A stretch of DNA of 64,000 nucleotides from a virus: positions 10,468-74,467 of the IMG/VR virus record IMGVR_UViG_3300028197_001024; one strand, given 5' to 3'. Made by a program: the position numbers and the translations under genes. The notes beneath the pieces are model-generated. The model made no database searches. It saw only the letters and a list, made by a program, of their open reading frames with translations, and had not been told where the DNA came from. Shown here piece after piece: positions 28,787 to 38,854 of this stretch. Each line of letters opens with the position of its first letter. The stretch's first letter is position 1.

Positions 28787-30592
28787 ATGTCAGGAAAAAA
28801 ATTATTAATTCTTGAAAGACAGAAATCAAATTTAGATATAACCACCGGTGAAGACGGTTCAGTTGTATTAGAAGGTGTATTTACTGAGTTTGATGTCAAG
28901 AACAAGAATAACCGAATTTATGAGGAGAAAGAAGTAATGCCTCACATTAATGAATTACAGGAAAAGGTTAAGACCAATAAGCTTTTAGGAGAATTAGACC
29001 ATCCTAAGGATTTTGATGTTAGTTTGGCTAACGTCTCTCATGTTGTAGAATCTTTAGATTATGATAAAGATAAAAAACAAGTTATTGGTAAAATAAGATT
29101 ATTAAATACTTCTAAAGGTAAAGAAGCGCAAGCTCTTATTAAAGATGGTATTCCTTTACATATTTCAAGTAGAGCTGCTGGTACAGTAGATGAAAATGGT
29201 AAAGTTAAAATTAAAAAGTTTTTTACTTATGACTTGGTCGCAGATCCTGGTTTTGAAAATGCTGAACTGTCTAGAGTAAATGAATCTTTTGGCCTAAGCA
29301 ATGACGATGGCATATTAATTTACGAAATGGAAGAAACTGAAAATAACAACAATAATAAAAAAGATCTAACAATGGAAAATAAAAACTATGTATCCGTCGA
29401 AGATTTTCAAAAGTATACTGAATATGTATCTGGAGTTCTAAGTAATGTTAAAGAATCTACTAATTCTAATAATGATGAGGTAATGGAAAAACTTATTAAG
29501 TACACTGAGCATATTGCAGATAAAGTAAATCAGGTTACTGATTATGCTGAGTACTTATCAGAAAACTTAGACAAAAATATTTCTTACTCTGACTACTTAG
29601 CAGAGAATGTAAATTCAATTAAAGATTATGCTACATATTTAGCTGAAGAGCTTGATGGTAGTATTCAATACGCAGAGCATGTTGCTGAGATGGCTGACAA
29701 AGGAATTCAATATTCTAACTATGTTGCTGAAAACGTAGAAAAGAGTATTGATTATTCAGAATATGTTGCTGAAAAGGTTGATCAGAATATTGCTTATTCT
29801 GAATATCTTGGAGAAAATGTAGATAAGAGTATTAAGTATTCTGAATACATTGCTGAAAACATTAATACACCAAAGGCTGATTCAATTAACGAAGGTACTG
29901 TTAATGAATACGGTAAAATGGAAGGTGCAACTCCAACAATGGAAGAAGTTTCAAAATGTATGGGAGAAGGTATGACTTACGAACAAGTTTGTGAAAAGTA
30001 TCCTGACGCAGATAAAGCAAAATTAAAAGAAATGTGTGAATCATGTGGTAAAACTCATGAGACTGTAGATTATAAAAATTCTATTGAAGAAAAATTAGAA
30101 AAGTTAATTGCAGCTGCTGAAGTTAAGAATGTATCTGAAATGCACTTTATGAATTTCTTAGGAGAATCTAAAAAGAATGAATTTAATTCTTTATCTACAG
30201 AGAAGCAAGCTATGATTGTAGAATCAATGAATTCTAAACCAATTATGTCAACTATACAAGCTGAAAATATTTGGGAATCTAATTTTATTGAAAAGAAAAA
30301 TGAATTAGATGTAGTTACTGATATGCCAGAAAAATTTAAAGAAAAGTGGAATAACCTTTCTGAGGCAAGACAAGGTCAAATTATTTCAGAATCAAGGTTT
30401 CACCCAGTTGGCAATCAATATGGAATTAATAATTTCTGGGCAACGAGAGATTTAAGAAGTTCTCAAATAGTAACAGAATCTATTAATGAAAGTAAAACTG
30501 CTGCTGAGTCTGCAAACAAAAAAGAACCATTAGTAAATGAATCTTTTGCAACTGACTTAGTAAACAAAATGAAATTCAGATTAAATAGATAA
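28787..30592 (+). CDS. gp21: Prohead protease (gp21-like) fused to scaffold (gp22-like)
   Basis: NKNNRIY, LGELDHP, ISSRAAG, YDLVADPGF; long acidic helical repeat C-terminal part. Confidence 0.88.
   Translation: MSGKKLLILERQKSNLDITTGEDGSVVLEGVFTEFDVKNKNNRIYEEKEVMPHINELQEKVKTNKLLGELDHPKDFDVSLANVSHVVESLDYDKDKKQVIGKIRLLNTSKGKEAQALIKDGIPLHISSRAAGTVDENGKVKIKKFFTYDLVADPGFENAELSRVNESFGLSNDDGILIYEMEETENNNNNKKDLTMENKNYVSVEDFQKYTEYVSGVLSNVKESTNSNNDEVMEKLIKYTEHIADKVNQVTDYAEYLSENLDKNISYSDYLAENVNSIKDYATYLAEELDGSIQYAEHVAEMADKGIQYSNYVAENVEKSIDYSEYVAEKVDQNIAYSEYLGENVDKSIKYSEYIAENINTPKADSINEGTVNEYGKMEGATPTMEEVSKCMGEGMTYEQVCEKYPDADKAKLKEMCESCGKTHETVDYKNSIEEKLEKLIAAAEVKNVSEMHFMNFLGESKKNEFNSLSTEKQAMIVESMNSKPIMSTIQAENIWESNFIEKKNELDVVTDMPEKFKEKWNNLSEARQGQIISESRFHPVGNQYGINNFWATRDLRSSQIVTESINESKTAAESANKKEPLVNESFATDLVNKMKFRLNR
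29501..29860 (+). repeat. About nine 14-aa (42-bp) tandem repeats in the scaffold region
   Basis: Units such as YSEYVAEKVDQNIA, YSEYLGENVDKSIK, YSNYVAENVEKSID. Confidence 0.85.
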
Positions 30593-30611
30593 TCATTTAA
30601 TCTAAAAGATA

Positions 30612-30672
30612 TTAATCGAATGGTCAAGAAGAAAAGGACCGAGGCGATTAAAAACCGGAATTGAAAAATTCC
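30612..30672 (+). promoter_or_regulatory. Structured RNA leader upstream of the major capsid gene
   Basis: TTAATCG/CGATTAA stem with inner GGTC/GACC, then a GGAATT-GAAA-AATTCC hairpin. Confidence 0.55.
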
Positions 30673-30696
30673 AAAATGCGAAAATAAAATTTAAAA

Positions 30697-32472
30697 ATGT
30701 ACGCAAATCAATTAATCAATGAGGCCGAGGTTCAAAAGACTTGGGGCCCAATCATTGAGGAGGCTACTGGAATTACTGAAAAGTCTAAGTTATCTTGGAT
30801 GTCTAAGTACTGCCATTACCATAACCTTAATGAAAGTGTATATAATACTGTACACTTAAATCCAAACATGAATGTTCAAGGTATGAACGCTACGTCTTTT
30901 CCTAGTGATCCTACTACAATGAACAACTTCAACAACGGTATGACTCCAGGTTCTGGAGATAGACCATTTTCTTTGTTACCACTTGCTATGCAAGTTGCTG
31001 CTCAGACTGTAGGTTTAGACTTAGTACCAGTTGTACCAATGCAAGGTCCTATGGGAGTATTAACTTACCTAGACTTCGTATATGGTGGAGGTAGAATACA
31101 AGATGCAGGTGGTAAAGCTACTGATTCTGCACCTTTATTAATTAAATGTGGAATTACTGCCGTAGGTGGTGCTGCTTTAGCACTTGCTGTCGATGATGTA
31201 ATTTTTGCTCAAGCTGCTGTAACTGCTGCTGCTGGAACTTCTGTTGCTCCTTATGAATTAACTTTTGTTGGTTTATCAAGAATCGATGGAAAGTCAATCT
31301 TCAGAGTAAGAGGTAACGATAACGCTGCTGCGGTATTCGCTAACACTCCTGCTCCTTACCAACAAGGTGAAGTAGGATATGAGCCAATTTATACTTCTAT
31401 TGCTGATAATGTAGATTTCTATAATCTTTCTTCTTGTTTAGCTGCTGATGTAGCTGGAGAATGGGATGGTGCTGCTGAATTAGTAAAAGCTTTAGAAGAC
31501 CATATTTCTGGTTTCTCAGGTAATGCTTTTGAATCATCTAACGTTGCTAACGCTGCTCCTAGCTTTACTGCTGAGAGTATTGACGGAACTGATCCATACC
31601 AAAGAGGTGTTGGGGAATCAACTCCAGATAACATTATGGGACTAAGCTTATTCAATAAGTCTATTGCTGCAAAAACTTTCCAAGTTGCTGCCGCTGTAAC
31701 TAGAGAACAAGTTCAGGATCTTAAGCAATTCGGAATTGATGCTGTTGCTCAAGTAGAAGCTGTATTGGTAAATGAGTTAACTCAATCTATCAACAAATAC
31801 ATCTTGGACAGAATCTTCAGAAATGGAGCTACTAACGCTGCTAACACGTTTGCTGTTGATACTTTAAACCTATCTGCTAATTTCCAAACTGCTGCTGGTG
31901 GTGGTGCCGCTGTTAACATTGACTTAGGACCAGGTTCTGGATCTAACGCTGCAGTGCAAATAGCTACAGCTGTAACTGTTATTGGAACAGGTGGAGAAAC
32001 ACAAGGATCATTACAACGTAGGTTGTATACTAAGATTCTTGCTGCATCTAATCTAATTGCTACAAGAGGAAGAAGAGGACCTGCTACGTTCGCAGTAACT
32101 TCTGGAGAAATTGCTACGGCACTTCAGGATGTTGCAGGATTTATTGCATATCCTTTATCTAACACAATCAACCAAGCTGGTGGATCTTTATATCCAATTG
32201 GCGCGTTGGCTGGTGTAACTATTTATGTTGATCCAAACATGGCTTGGACTGACTATAGAGTTGCTGTAGGTAGAAAAGGTGATGGTAATTCTCCTGGTTT
32301 AGTATTCATGCCTTACTTAATGGCTGAATCTGTTGAAACAATCGCAGAAGGAACTATGGCTCCTAAAATCGCGGTTAAATCTAGATTCGCTTTAGTAGAC
32401 GCTGGATTCCACCCAGAAACTATGTATTACACAATTGGATTCAGCTTCGGTGCTGGAGTTAATATCCTGTAA
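30697..32472 (+). CDS. gp23: Major capsid protein (gp23-like)
   Basis: DLVPVVPMQGPMG, EQVQDLK, ELTQSINK, IATRGRRG, FMPY, PKIAVKSRF. Confidence 0.93.
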   Translation: MYANQLINEAEVQKTWGPIIEEATGITEKSKLSWMSKYCHYHNLNESVYNTVHLNPNMNVQGMNATSFPSDPTTMNNFNNGMTPGSGDRPFSLLPLAMQVAAQTVGLDLVPVVPMQGPMGVLTYLDFVYGGGRIQDAGGKATDSAPLLIKCGITAVGGAALALAVDDVIFAQAAVTAAAGTSVAPYELTFVGLSRIDGKSIFRVRGNDNAAAVFANTPAPYQQGEVGYEPIYTSIADNVDFYNLSSCLAADVAGEWDGAAELVKALEDHISGFSGNAFESSNVANAAPSFTAESIDGTDPYQRGVGESTPDNIMGLSLFNKSIAAKTFQVAAAVTREQVQDLKQFGIDAVAQVEAVLVNELTQSINKYILDRIFRNGATNAANTFAVDTLNLSANFQTAAGGGAAVNIDLGPGSGSNAAVQIATAVTVIGTGGETQGSLQRRLYTKILAASNLIATRGRRGPATFAVTSGEIATALQDVAGFIAYPLSNTINQAGGSLYPIGALAGVTIYVDPNMAWTDYRVAVGRKGDGNSPGLVFMPYLMAESVETIAEGTMAPKIAVKSRFALVDAGFHPETMYYTIGFSFGAGVNIL

Positions 32473-32498
32473 TTAACAATAGTTAATATTACTTTAAG

Positions 32499-32527
32499 AA
32501 AGGTTCGCTTAACGGCGGACCTTTTTT
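32499..32527 (+). terminator. Rho-independent terminator
   Basis: AAAGGTTCGC-ttaacg-GCGGACCTTTTTT. Confidence 0.8.
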
Positions 32528-32541
32528 GTCTTATATAAGTT

Positions 32542-32551
32542 GAATATATAA
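32542..32551 (+). promoter_or_regulatory. Putative late promoter
   Basis: GAATATATAA. Confidence 0.6.
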
Positions 32552-32568
32552 AAAAATTAAATCTAACT

Positions 32569-33747
32569 ATGAAAAGAGTAAAATCATATAATGAGTTTAT
32601 AGCAGAATCTAACACTAAGAATGTAGATGAAGGTATTACCGATATTAAAGGTATTATGAGTAATCCTATTAAATATAAGAAGATTAAAAATAATGCTAAG
32701 AAGTATCAACAGACTAAAGTTCAAGTAGCTTTAAATAATGTTGATTATGAAAAGAAGAAACAAGCATCCAAAGGAGAATTAGATAAAAAGACTAGTGATA
32801 CATTAAAAGCTGCAAACGCTGCTAAGAATCAAGCTCTAAAAGATAAAGCATCTGCAATTAGCCAAAGAATGAAAGATCTGGCTACAACAGATCCACTTAA
32901 AGCAGTGGTAACTATTGCAACTACAAAATCAAACCTAGCAGCAGCAGAAACCGCGCTGAAGGCAGCAGATGGTGAAGAATCAAAACAGCTTAAGATAAGA
33001 ATTAAAAAATTAGCAGGTAAAGCAGCTGATGCTAAAAAAGATCTTCAAGATTATGAATCTGATAGTGGAGATAAAGAACAGGTTGAATTACCAGGTGAAA
33101 AGGAAAAGGCTGCTAAAGCAGAAAAGGAAAAGTTAGATAAAGAAAAAGCTGATAAGGCTAAAGAAGCGGCCGAGGCTGAGATTACTAAAGCTAAAACTGC
33201 ATATGATGCTGTAAAAGATGGTGATGATGAAAAAGCCAAATTACAAGCAGAGATTAAATTTAAACAAGCTCAACAGAAAAAAGCTAAGTTAGATGCTAAT
33301 GATGAATTATTTCAAGGACTAGGGGATGACATTGGAGAAATAATGAAAAAGGTAAAGGCACTTGATCCAGATGCTAATACTGAAACGGAGACTGAAACTG
33401 ACACAAACGATGATACGGAAGTTGATGATAATACTCCTGATGATCCAGGCGCAAAATTAGAAGCTGATATTAAAGCATTTAATGATAACATAGAAACTGA
33501 AAGAACTACAATGAATAAAGCTACTAAAGATTTAGAACAGGCTAAAAGAGATCTAAAAACTGGTAGAGGTTCTGATGAAAAAGTTCAAAAGTTACAAAAG
33601 GCAATTGAAGATAGTAAAGAAGATATTGCTGGACTTAAGAGAAAGGAAGCAGATGCTAAAAAGAAATTAGCTGCATTACCAGAATCTTTTAATCCACTAG
33701 AAGAAACTGTTTCTGAAAAGTTTAGAAGGTTAATGAATAATGTATAA
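32569..33747 (+). CDS. Probable internal head protein (K/A/E-rich coiled coil) with T4-like capsid-targeting sequence
   Basis: N-terminus MKRVKSYNEFIAES resembles T4 CTS MKTYQEFIAE; follows the capsid gene; late motif upstream. Confidence 0.6.
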   Translation: MKRVKSYNEFIAESNTKNVDEGITDIKGIMSNPIKYKKIKNNAKKYQQTKVQVALNNVDYEKKKQASKGELDKKTSDTLKAANAAKNQALKDKASAISQRMKDLATTDPLKAVVTIATTKSNLAAAETALKAADGEESKQLKIRIKKLAGKAADAKKDLQDYESDSGDKEQVELPGEKEKAAKAEKEKLDKEKADKAKEAAEAEITKAKTAYDAVKDGDDEKAKLQAEIKFKQAQQKKAKLDANDELFQGLGDDIGEIMKKVKALDPDANTETETETDTNDDTEVDDNTPDDPGAKLEADIKAFNDNIETERTTMNKATKDLEQAKRDLKTGRGSDEKVQKLQKAIEDSKEDIAGLKRKEADAKKKLAALPESFNPLEETVSEKFRRLMNNV

Positions 33748-34231
33748 AGTCCGTAAGATAAACTTTGGATGGTATAAAAGGAGGCATGGTATTCTATTAG
33801 AGAATCTGCCTCCTTTAAAGCAAAAACTTTTATTAGAAAATAATCATATGAAATGGTTAGATTCTGATGTGAATGCTTTTGAGATTATATTTAAGGTTGA
33901 GGATATGAATGAACATGAAAAGAATCCTAACCGTATACTTTGGAATCCTTTTAGAGAAACTTTTACAAATATTAAAGAATTAGAAAAAGATTCGGATTTA
34001 GTAGATTGGAATTGTGGTATCTGTAAAGTTGAGATAAAATCTAGAATGGATTCTAAAAAAGTTGAAAACTTTGTATGTAGTAAATGTTCAGAAGCTCATA
34101 ACTCACGGAATAACAGAGTTGATCAAAGAATAATAGATTCATCTGTTAGATTTTTGAAACACTGTAAATCTTTATTAAAAGGCGAACAGAGGGAGTTTAT
34201 GACTTATGTCCGTAGGTCATCAAAAGGCTAA
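33740..34231 (+). CDS. Hypothetical zinc-finger protein
   Basis: CGIC and CSKC pairs. Confidence 0.5.
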   Translation: MYKVRKINFGWYKRRHGILLENLPPLKQKLLLENNHMKWLDSDVNAFEIIFKVEDMNEHEKNPNRILWNPFRETFTNIKELEKDSDLVDWNCGICKVEIKSRMDSKKVENFVCSKCSEAHNSRNNRVDQRIIDSSVRFLKHCKSLLKGEQREFMTYVRRSSKG

Positions 34232-35005
34232 TGATTCTTCTATTGTTATTTTTCTAAACACGCCTAATTTACTTGTAGGGCATGCATTAAAAATTTGTAT
34301 ACCTTTCCCTTTAATATCTTTGCTAATAGCATCAAACGCAGGTAAAAATTGATTTTTATAAATATTATCTGCAGTTACCTTAGTAGGATAGCCTTCATGA
34401 AAATGACTTTCTTTATTATGTCTTCCCATATCATATCCTAAAAGTATTATTCTTTTTGCACCAAGATGAATTGCTAAATTAATTGCAGCAGCTCCACTAT
34501 TATTACCATGAGCTATAGAATCAGCTGACCATTCTATGCCAAGTTTTTTCCCTCTCTTTAATAATGTTACTTCGCATGGATAAGATCTTGGTGCTAGAGT
34601 AAATCTTTTGCCTTTAAATTTTATTATATCATTTTTAAGCCATGACCAAACTCTACCATCAGTCCAATAAACTGCATTGGCTTCTGGCCAAAATTGTATA
34701 GCTTTATTTAATGCAATAGTTTTTTTACCTCTAAGTTTATTCCACTCAAATCCTTTTAGTGATGGTCCACCACCAATAATATAAACAGTCTCACCTTTCC
34801 ATAATGGAATTACTTTACTATAATGCTTATGAGCATTTTTAGGAATGTTATGCGATGACCGTCTTTCTACTTGTGTAGGGGAATTTACCTTTATGATATT
34901 ATTCTTTCGTGTATTACCTCTAGATATTCTACTCTGTGAATTTGCAGATTGGCTAGCTGGCACAGTAACCTTAACAATCTTTCTTATTTTTCTCGTTCTT
35001 CTCAT
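34220..35005 (-). CDS. Maf/DUF115-like (sialyltransferase-like Rossmann fold) putative glycosyltransferase with basic N-terminal tail
   Basis: IIGGGPSL, IALN, NSGAAAINLAIHLGAKRIILLGYDM; the only convincing minus-strand gene. Confidence 0.6.
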   Translation of the reverse strand: MRRTRKIRKIVKVTVPASQSANSQSRISRGNTRKNNIIKVNSPTQVERRSSHNIPKNAHKHYSKVIPLWKGETVYIIGGGPSLKGFEWNKLRGKKTIALNKAIQFWPEANAVYWTDGRVWSWLKNDIIKFKGKRFTLAPRSYPCEVTLLKRGKKLGIEWSADSIAHGNNSGAAAINLAIHLGAKRIILLGYDMGRHNKESHFHEGYPTKVTADNIYKNQFLPAFDAISKDIKGKGIQIFNACPTSKLGVFRKITIEESLAF

Positions 35006-35032
35006 TGGTGTATTTTTTTATTTATTTACATT

Positions 35033-35059
35033 AAAACAAATGCTATTTTTTCCATATAA
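35033..35059 (+). promoter_or_regulatory. Putative middle promoter
   Basis: AAAAC-N17-TATAA. Confidence 0.6.
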
Positions 35060-35078
35060 AAATAAATCTAACTCATAT

Positions 35079-36041
35079 ATGAAGAATATCCAAAACGTGC
35101 TATTAACAGAGAAGTACAGGCCGCAATCCTTAGATGATTTAATTACACCACAGAGAGTTGGTGAAAAATTAAGCAAAGGGGTTTATCAACATTTATTACT
35201 ACACGGTAGTCCAGGTACCGGCAAAACATCTGCTGCAAAGGCATTAGTAAAACATTTTAAGCATCCTTATTTATACATTAATGCGTCAACTGATACATCT
35301 GTTGATATTGTAAGAAATAGAATAACTGATTTTTGTGCTAATCGTTCTATAATGGATGAACCAGGAAAAATGAAGGTTATTATTCTTGATGAGATTGACG
35401 GTGTATCTGATCAATTCTTTAAAGCATTAAGAGCTACTATGGATCAATTTGCTGTAAATGCAAGATTCGTTGCAACATGTAATTATATTAATAAAGTACC
35501 AGATCCAATTCAGTCAAGATTTGAAATGATTGATTTTGATTTTAGTAAAGAAGAAGAAACTGAAATAATGAAAAGTTACATTATGAGGATTTTTCAAATA
35601 TGTAAAGAAGAAGGTATTGGGATTGATAAACATGCAGCGGTTGAATTAGTAAAAAGAAAGTTTCCTGATTTAAGAAATATGTTAAATCAGTTACAGGGAT
35701 TCAAATCACAAGGTGTAGAAACAATAACAGTTGAAAATATAAAACAATTTAGTTCAGTATATAAAGACATTTATGATTTGGTTATAGATGGAGAAGATCC
35801 TGTAAAAAATTATCAATATATGTTATCAAATTATGCAAATAGATCTGATGATGTTTTATCTTCTTTAGGTGCTGAGTTTATCGAGTTTATAAAACAAGAT
35901 AGGCAATCATATATTCAATTTATTCCGCAGATAATTATAACTGTGGCAAAGTACCAAGCACAAAGACAACAAGTAATTGATCCTGCAGTATCAATGCTTG
36001 CTTGTATTTATGAACTGCAATCAATATTAAATGGAGTATGA
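35079..36041 (+). CDS. gp44: Clamp loader ATPase subunit (gp44/RFC-like); start moved to ATG 35079
   Basis: EKYRP, GSPGTGKT, INAS, ILDEID, SRF, FPDLR. Confidence 0.92.
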   Translation: MKNIQNVLLTEKYRPQSLDDLITPQRVGEKLSKGVYQHLLLHGSPGTGKTSAAKALVKHFKHPYLYINASTDTSVDIVRNRITDFCANRSIMDEPGKMKVIILDEIDGVSDQFFKALRATMDQFAVNARFVATCNYINKVPDPIQSRFEMIDFDFSKEEETEIMKSYIMRIFQICKEEGIGIDKHAAVELVKRKFPDLRNMLNQLQGFKSQGVETITVENIKQFSSVYKDIYDLVIDGEDPVKNYQYMLSNYANRSDDVLSSLGAEFIEFIKQDRQSYIQFIPQIIITVAKYQAQRQQVIDPAVSMLACIYELQSILNGV

Positions 36042-36193
36042 GATCACAATTCTTAAAAGCACTAATAGAAAAGTTTCCTAATTGGATGGAGTTAGGTGGA
36101 GCAGTTAAAAGATATCATGATTTAAGGCAATCAAAATTAAGTAAAGAAGAATGCGAGAAAATTGTATTAGGTTCCTCTTTCAGTATTAATTAA
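36038..36193 (+). CDS. Small hypothetical protein, 51 aa; not in the ORF track
   Basis: ATGA-coupled to gp44: MRSQFLKALIEKFPNWMELGGAVKRYHDLRQ... Confidence 0.5.
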   Translation: MRSQFLKALIEKFPNWMELGGAVKRYHDLRQSKLSKEECEKIVLGSSFSIN

Positions 36194-36226
36194 AACTTGT
36201 TATAATTAAATTAAATAACACATAAT

Positions 36227-37450
36227 ATGAAAAAAACAGGCAGACATACATTTGTTATAGATGGAAATTATTTTCTATTTAGGACCTTATATGTAATTCC
36301 TAGCAGATCTAAAAAAGCAGGTCTATTAGGTACAGATGAAGACGTACAAACTTTTGTCAAAAAATTGGCAACTGACTTTGCATATCAAATCAGATTATTT
36401 GAAGGTCTTATCGATAAGGTTGTTTGGACGGTAGATTCAAGATCATGGAGAAAGGACTTTTACCCAGAGGCAGAATATAAAGGTAATCGTAAACAAAATG
36501 ATGCTCTTAACTGGGAGAACTTTTCAAAAGCAACAGCAGACTTTATTTCTATCCTATCTAAGCAAGGTGTTATTATTTCTAAAATTGACGGTGCTGAAGG
36601 AGATGATCTAATGTATGCATGGAATACTGAATGTCTTGCAAATGACAAATCAGTTATTATGTTTACTGGTGATAGAGACTTAGTTCAATTAGTAGATAAG
36701 AGTACAAATAATAATACTCATACTATTCTATTTTCCCCAGCTCATAAAAAATTATATACTTACCAAGGTTTTTCTGAATGGATGGATTCTCAAACTGAAG
36801 AAGAACAATCTGATGATATATTTGATGTACTAAAAACTTCTGTATCACCAGAGAATCAGGCTAAGAAATTACTTAAAGCATTGGTCGCAAAGAAAAAGGT
36901 TTCTATTATAGAAGTTGACCCTGAAGACTTTCGTTTCCGTAAAGTACTCACAGGAGATGCTGGTGATAATGTACCACCTGCTTACTATTATAAAAAAGGT
37001 AATAGGAGATACGGAATCAGCGAAAATAAGGCAACTGCTATCATCGCTGAGTTCAAAGAAAAGCATGGTCACTTATCTCATATGTATCTTTACAATGATG
37101 AGTATATTACTGACCTTGCAAATATGACTGTAAGAGTTATGAATGCAAAACATATGAGTAGAGAACAGATTATTACTAATCTAAAATCCAACGTCAATCT
37201 TATGGTACTTGCTGCTGAATCAATACCAGAAGGTATCTTAGATGAAATGTTTAAATCAGTAGAATCAAAAATGAATGTAAAAGGTTTGCAATTAAAAACG
37301 ATATCTACAATGAAATCTATTTTAGAGAATACTGAATACTCAAAAGAAACTGATAGTTCTTTTAAGGCTTCGTTCTTTAAAGATGATGATAGTGATTCTG
37401 ATGATATGTCTTTTATAAAAGGTGGTAAAAAACAAGATAAGATTTTTTAA
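36227..37450 (+). CDS. rnh: 5'-3' exonuclease / RNase H (T4 Rnh, FEN-like)
   Basis: IDGNY, SWRKDFY, YKGNR, EGDD, TGDRDLVQL, GDAGDNVP. Confidence 0.88.
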   Translation: MKKTGRHTFVIDGNYFLFRTLYVIPSRSKKAGLLGTDEDVQTFVKKLATDFAYQIRLFEGLIDKVVWTVDSRSWRKDFYPEAEYKGNRKQNDALNWENFSKATADFISILSKQGVIISKIDGAEGDDLMYAWNTECLANDKSVIMFTGDRDLVQLVDKSTNNNTHTILFSPAHKKLYTYQGFSEWMDSQTEEEQSDDIFDVLKTSVSPENQAKKLLKALVAKKKVSIIEVDPEDFRFRKVLTGDAGDNVPPAYYYKKGNRRYGISENKATAIIAEFKEKHGHLSHMYLYNDEYITDLANMTVRVMNAKHMSREQIITNLKSNVNLMVLAAESIPEGILDEMFKSVESKMNVKGLQLKTISTMKSILENTEYSKETDSSFKASFFKDDDSDSDDMSFIKGGKKQDKIF

Positions 37451-37474
37451 ACTTTTTACAATTTCTTCATATAA
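37448..37474 (+). promoter_or_regulatory. Putative middle promoter
   Basis: TAAAC-N17-TATAA. Confidence 0.6.
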
Positions 37475-37492
37475 TAAATATAAAATAACTCA

Positions 37493-37909
37493 ATGAAATT
37501 ATTTGATTATATAAAAGTTCTTTTCGGTAAGGATGAACACTGGGACAAAGTTACAAATTATGATAAATCTAAAAATTCATTTATGACTAATAGATTTATG
37601 AGTATTAAATTTCCTGTTCAGGCAAATCTTTTTAATACTCTTAAAATAGATCCCGTAGGCCAAGCAGAAGCATGGCGTTTAGTTTCGTCTAAATTTAATA
37701 GAGTACCAGGCTTTATTTATACTAAAGTAAAAAAGTCTGCAAAACAAAAGGCAAAGGAATGGAATCCTAACCCAAAGGCATTAGAACTTTATATGAAATT
37801 TAACGAAATAGGAGAAAGAGAATACAAAGAAGCTCTAAAACACGACCCATTACTAGTTCAGACATCGATAGATATACTAGAAAAACAAATGGGTAATGAT
37901 GTTAATTGA
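37493..37909 (+). CDS. Probable clamp loader small subunit (gp62-like)
   Basis: LFDYI...FMTNRFMS...AN pattern, size, and proximity to gp44. Confidence 0.55.
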   Translation: MKLFDYIKVLFGKDEHWDKVTNYDKSKNSFMTNRFMSIKFPVQANLFNTLKIDPVGQAEAWRLVSSKFNRVPGFIYTKVKKSAKQKAKEWNPNPKALELYMKFNEIGEREYKEALKHDPLLVQTSIDILEKQMGNDVN

Positions 37910-38564
37910 TAATACTTTTGAATTAGGAATACCAACTCACATTTCATTTACTTTATTTAAGTATGATTATTTTGATAGCATACTTATAAGTAGAGTAAAA
38001 AAAGAATGTAAAAATATCTCCAAGGTAGATGGAGAGTATATTGTTAAAAAGGAATCTTTTTTAACTGCAATCAAAACAAGCAAAAGGGTACTTAATATAA
38101 TTAAAAAGGCTGAAGACTTTGGTTACATACCTAATCCAGCAGTAAAACCTAATTCTGTCTATTTCTTATGTTCTATATTTAATAGGTTACCTAACCTTGA
38201 ATTTTTAACTATCAAAGTTAACGATGATAAAAAATACTCTAGGCTAATAAAAAATGAAGCCGGGTTTAATGTAGTAAGTTTTCATTTTAGCATACTTGAA
38301 GGTATTTTTGATTTAACAAAATTATTAGATAGGAAAGAATTAGATCTTTTTAATAAAACTCTTATAGATTTTAAAATTCTTAAAAATAAATATCTTGAAA
38401 GAAAGCCATACTTTTATATGAAAGCCACGGCTATTATAGATATTTTAACTTCTATGGAAATAGAAGGTAAGCTAACCACATTTCACATGATTGATCATAT
38501 TGATTCTAAATTAGAAGAAGATGATCCTATCTTAGTTGTAAAAACCGACTATACACCTTATTGA
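37896..38564 (+). CDS. Hypothetical protein
   Basis: 222-aa ORF in operon. Confidence 0.5.
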   Translation: MMLIDNTFELGIPTHISFTLFKYDYFDSILISRVKKECKNISKVDGEYIVKKESFLTAIKTSKRVLNIIKKAEDFGYIPNPAVKPNSVYFLCSIFNRLPNLEFLTIKVNDDKKYSRLIKNEAGFNVVSFHFSILEGIFDLTKLLDRKELDLFNKTLIDFKILKNKYLERKPYFYMKATAIIDILTSMEIEGKLTTFHMIDHIDSKLEEDDPILVVKTDYTPY

Positions 38565-38566
38565 TG

Positions 38567-38576
38567 GAATATATAA
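38567..38576 (+). promoter_or_regulatory. Putative late promoter
   Basis: GAATATATAA. Confidence 0.6.
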
Positions 38577-38593
38577 ACAAATAATGTTTGTAT

Positions 38594-38851
38594 ATGAAAA
38601 AGATAATTAGTTGGCTTAGTGGATTGTTAAGAGATGAAAAAGGTACACCTTCATCTAAAAGATTTATTGGAATAGTCGCAGGTCTTTCTTTGTGTACAGC
38701 ACTTTTTATTAATCTTTATACTGAGCATCCAGTAGAACCATCATTAGTCAATGCGGTAGCTGCTATATGTGTTGGTGGCTTAGGGTTGGCATCTGCTGAT
38801 AAAATCTGGGCAAAGAAGATTGACAAAAAAGACCAACAAATAAATTCATAA
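38594..38851 (+). CDS. Small two-TM membrane protein (holin-like)
   Basis: SSKRF followed by two hydrophobic helices and a charged C-terminus; late motif upstream. Confidence 0.5.
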   Translation: MKKIISWLSGLLRDEKGTPSSKRFIGIVAGLSLCTALFINLYTEHPVEPSLVNAVAAICVGGLGLASADKIWAKKIDKKDQQINS

Positions 38852-38854
38852 TTA

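Noticed and set aside
34845-35078. Hydrophobic N-terminal extension on the clamp loader, suggesting a membrane anchor
   Set aside because: It overlaps the minus-strand gene; the promoter motif and leader point to ATG 35079
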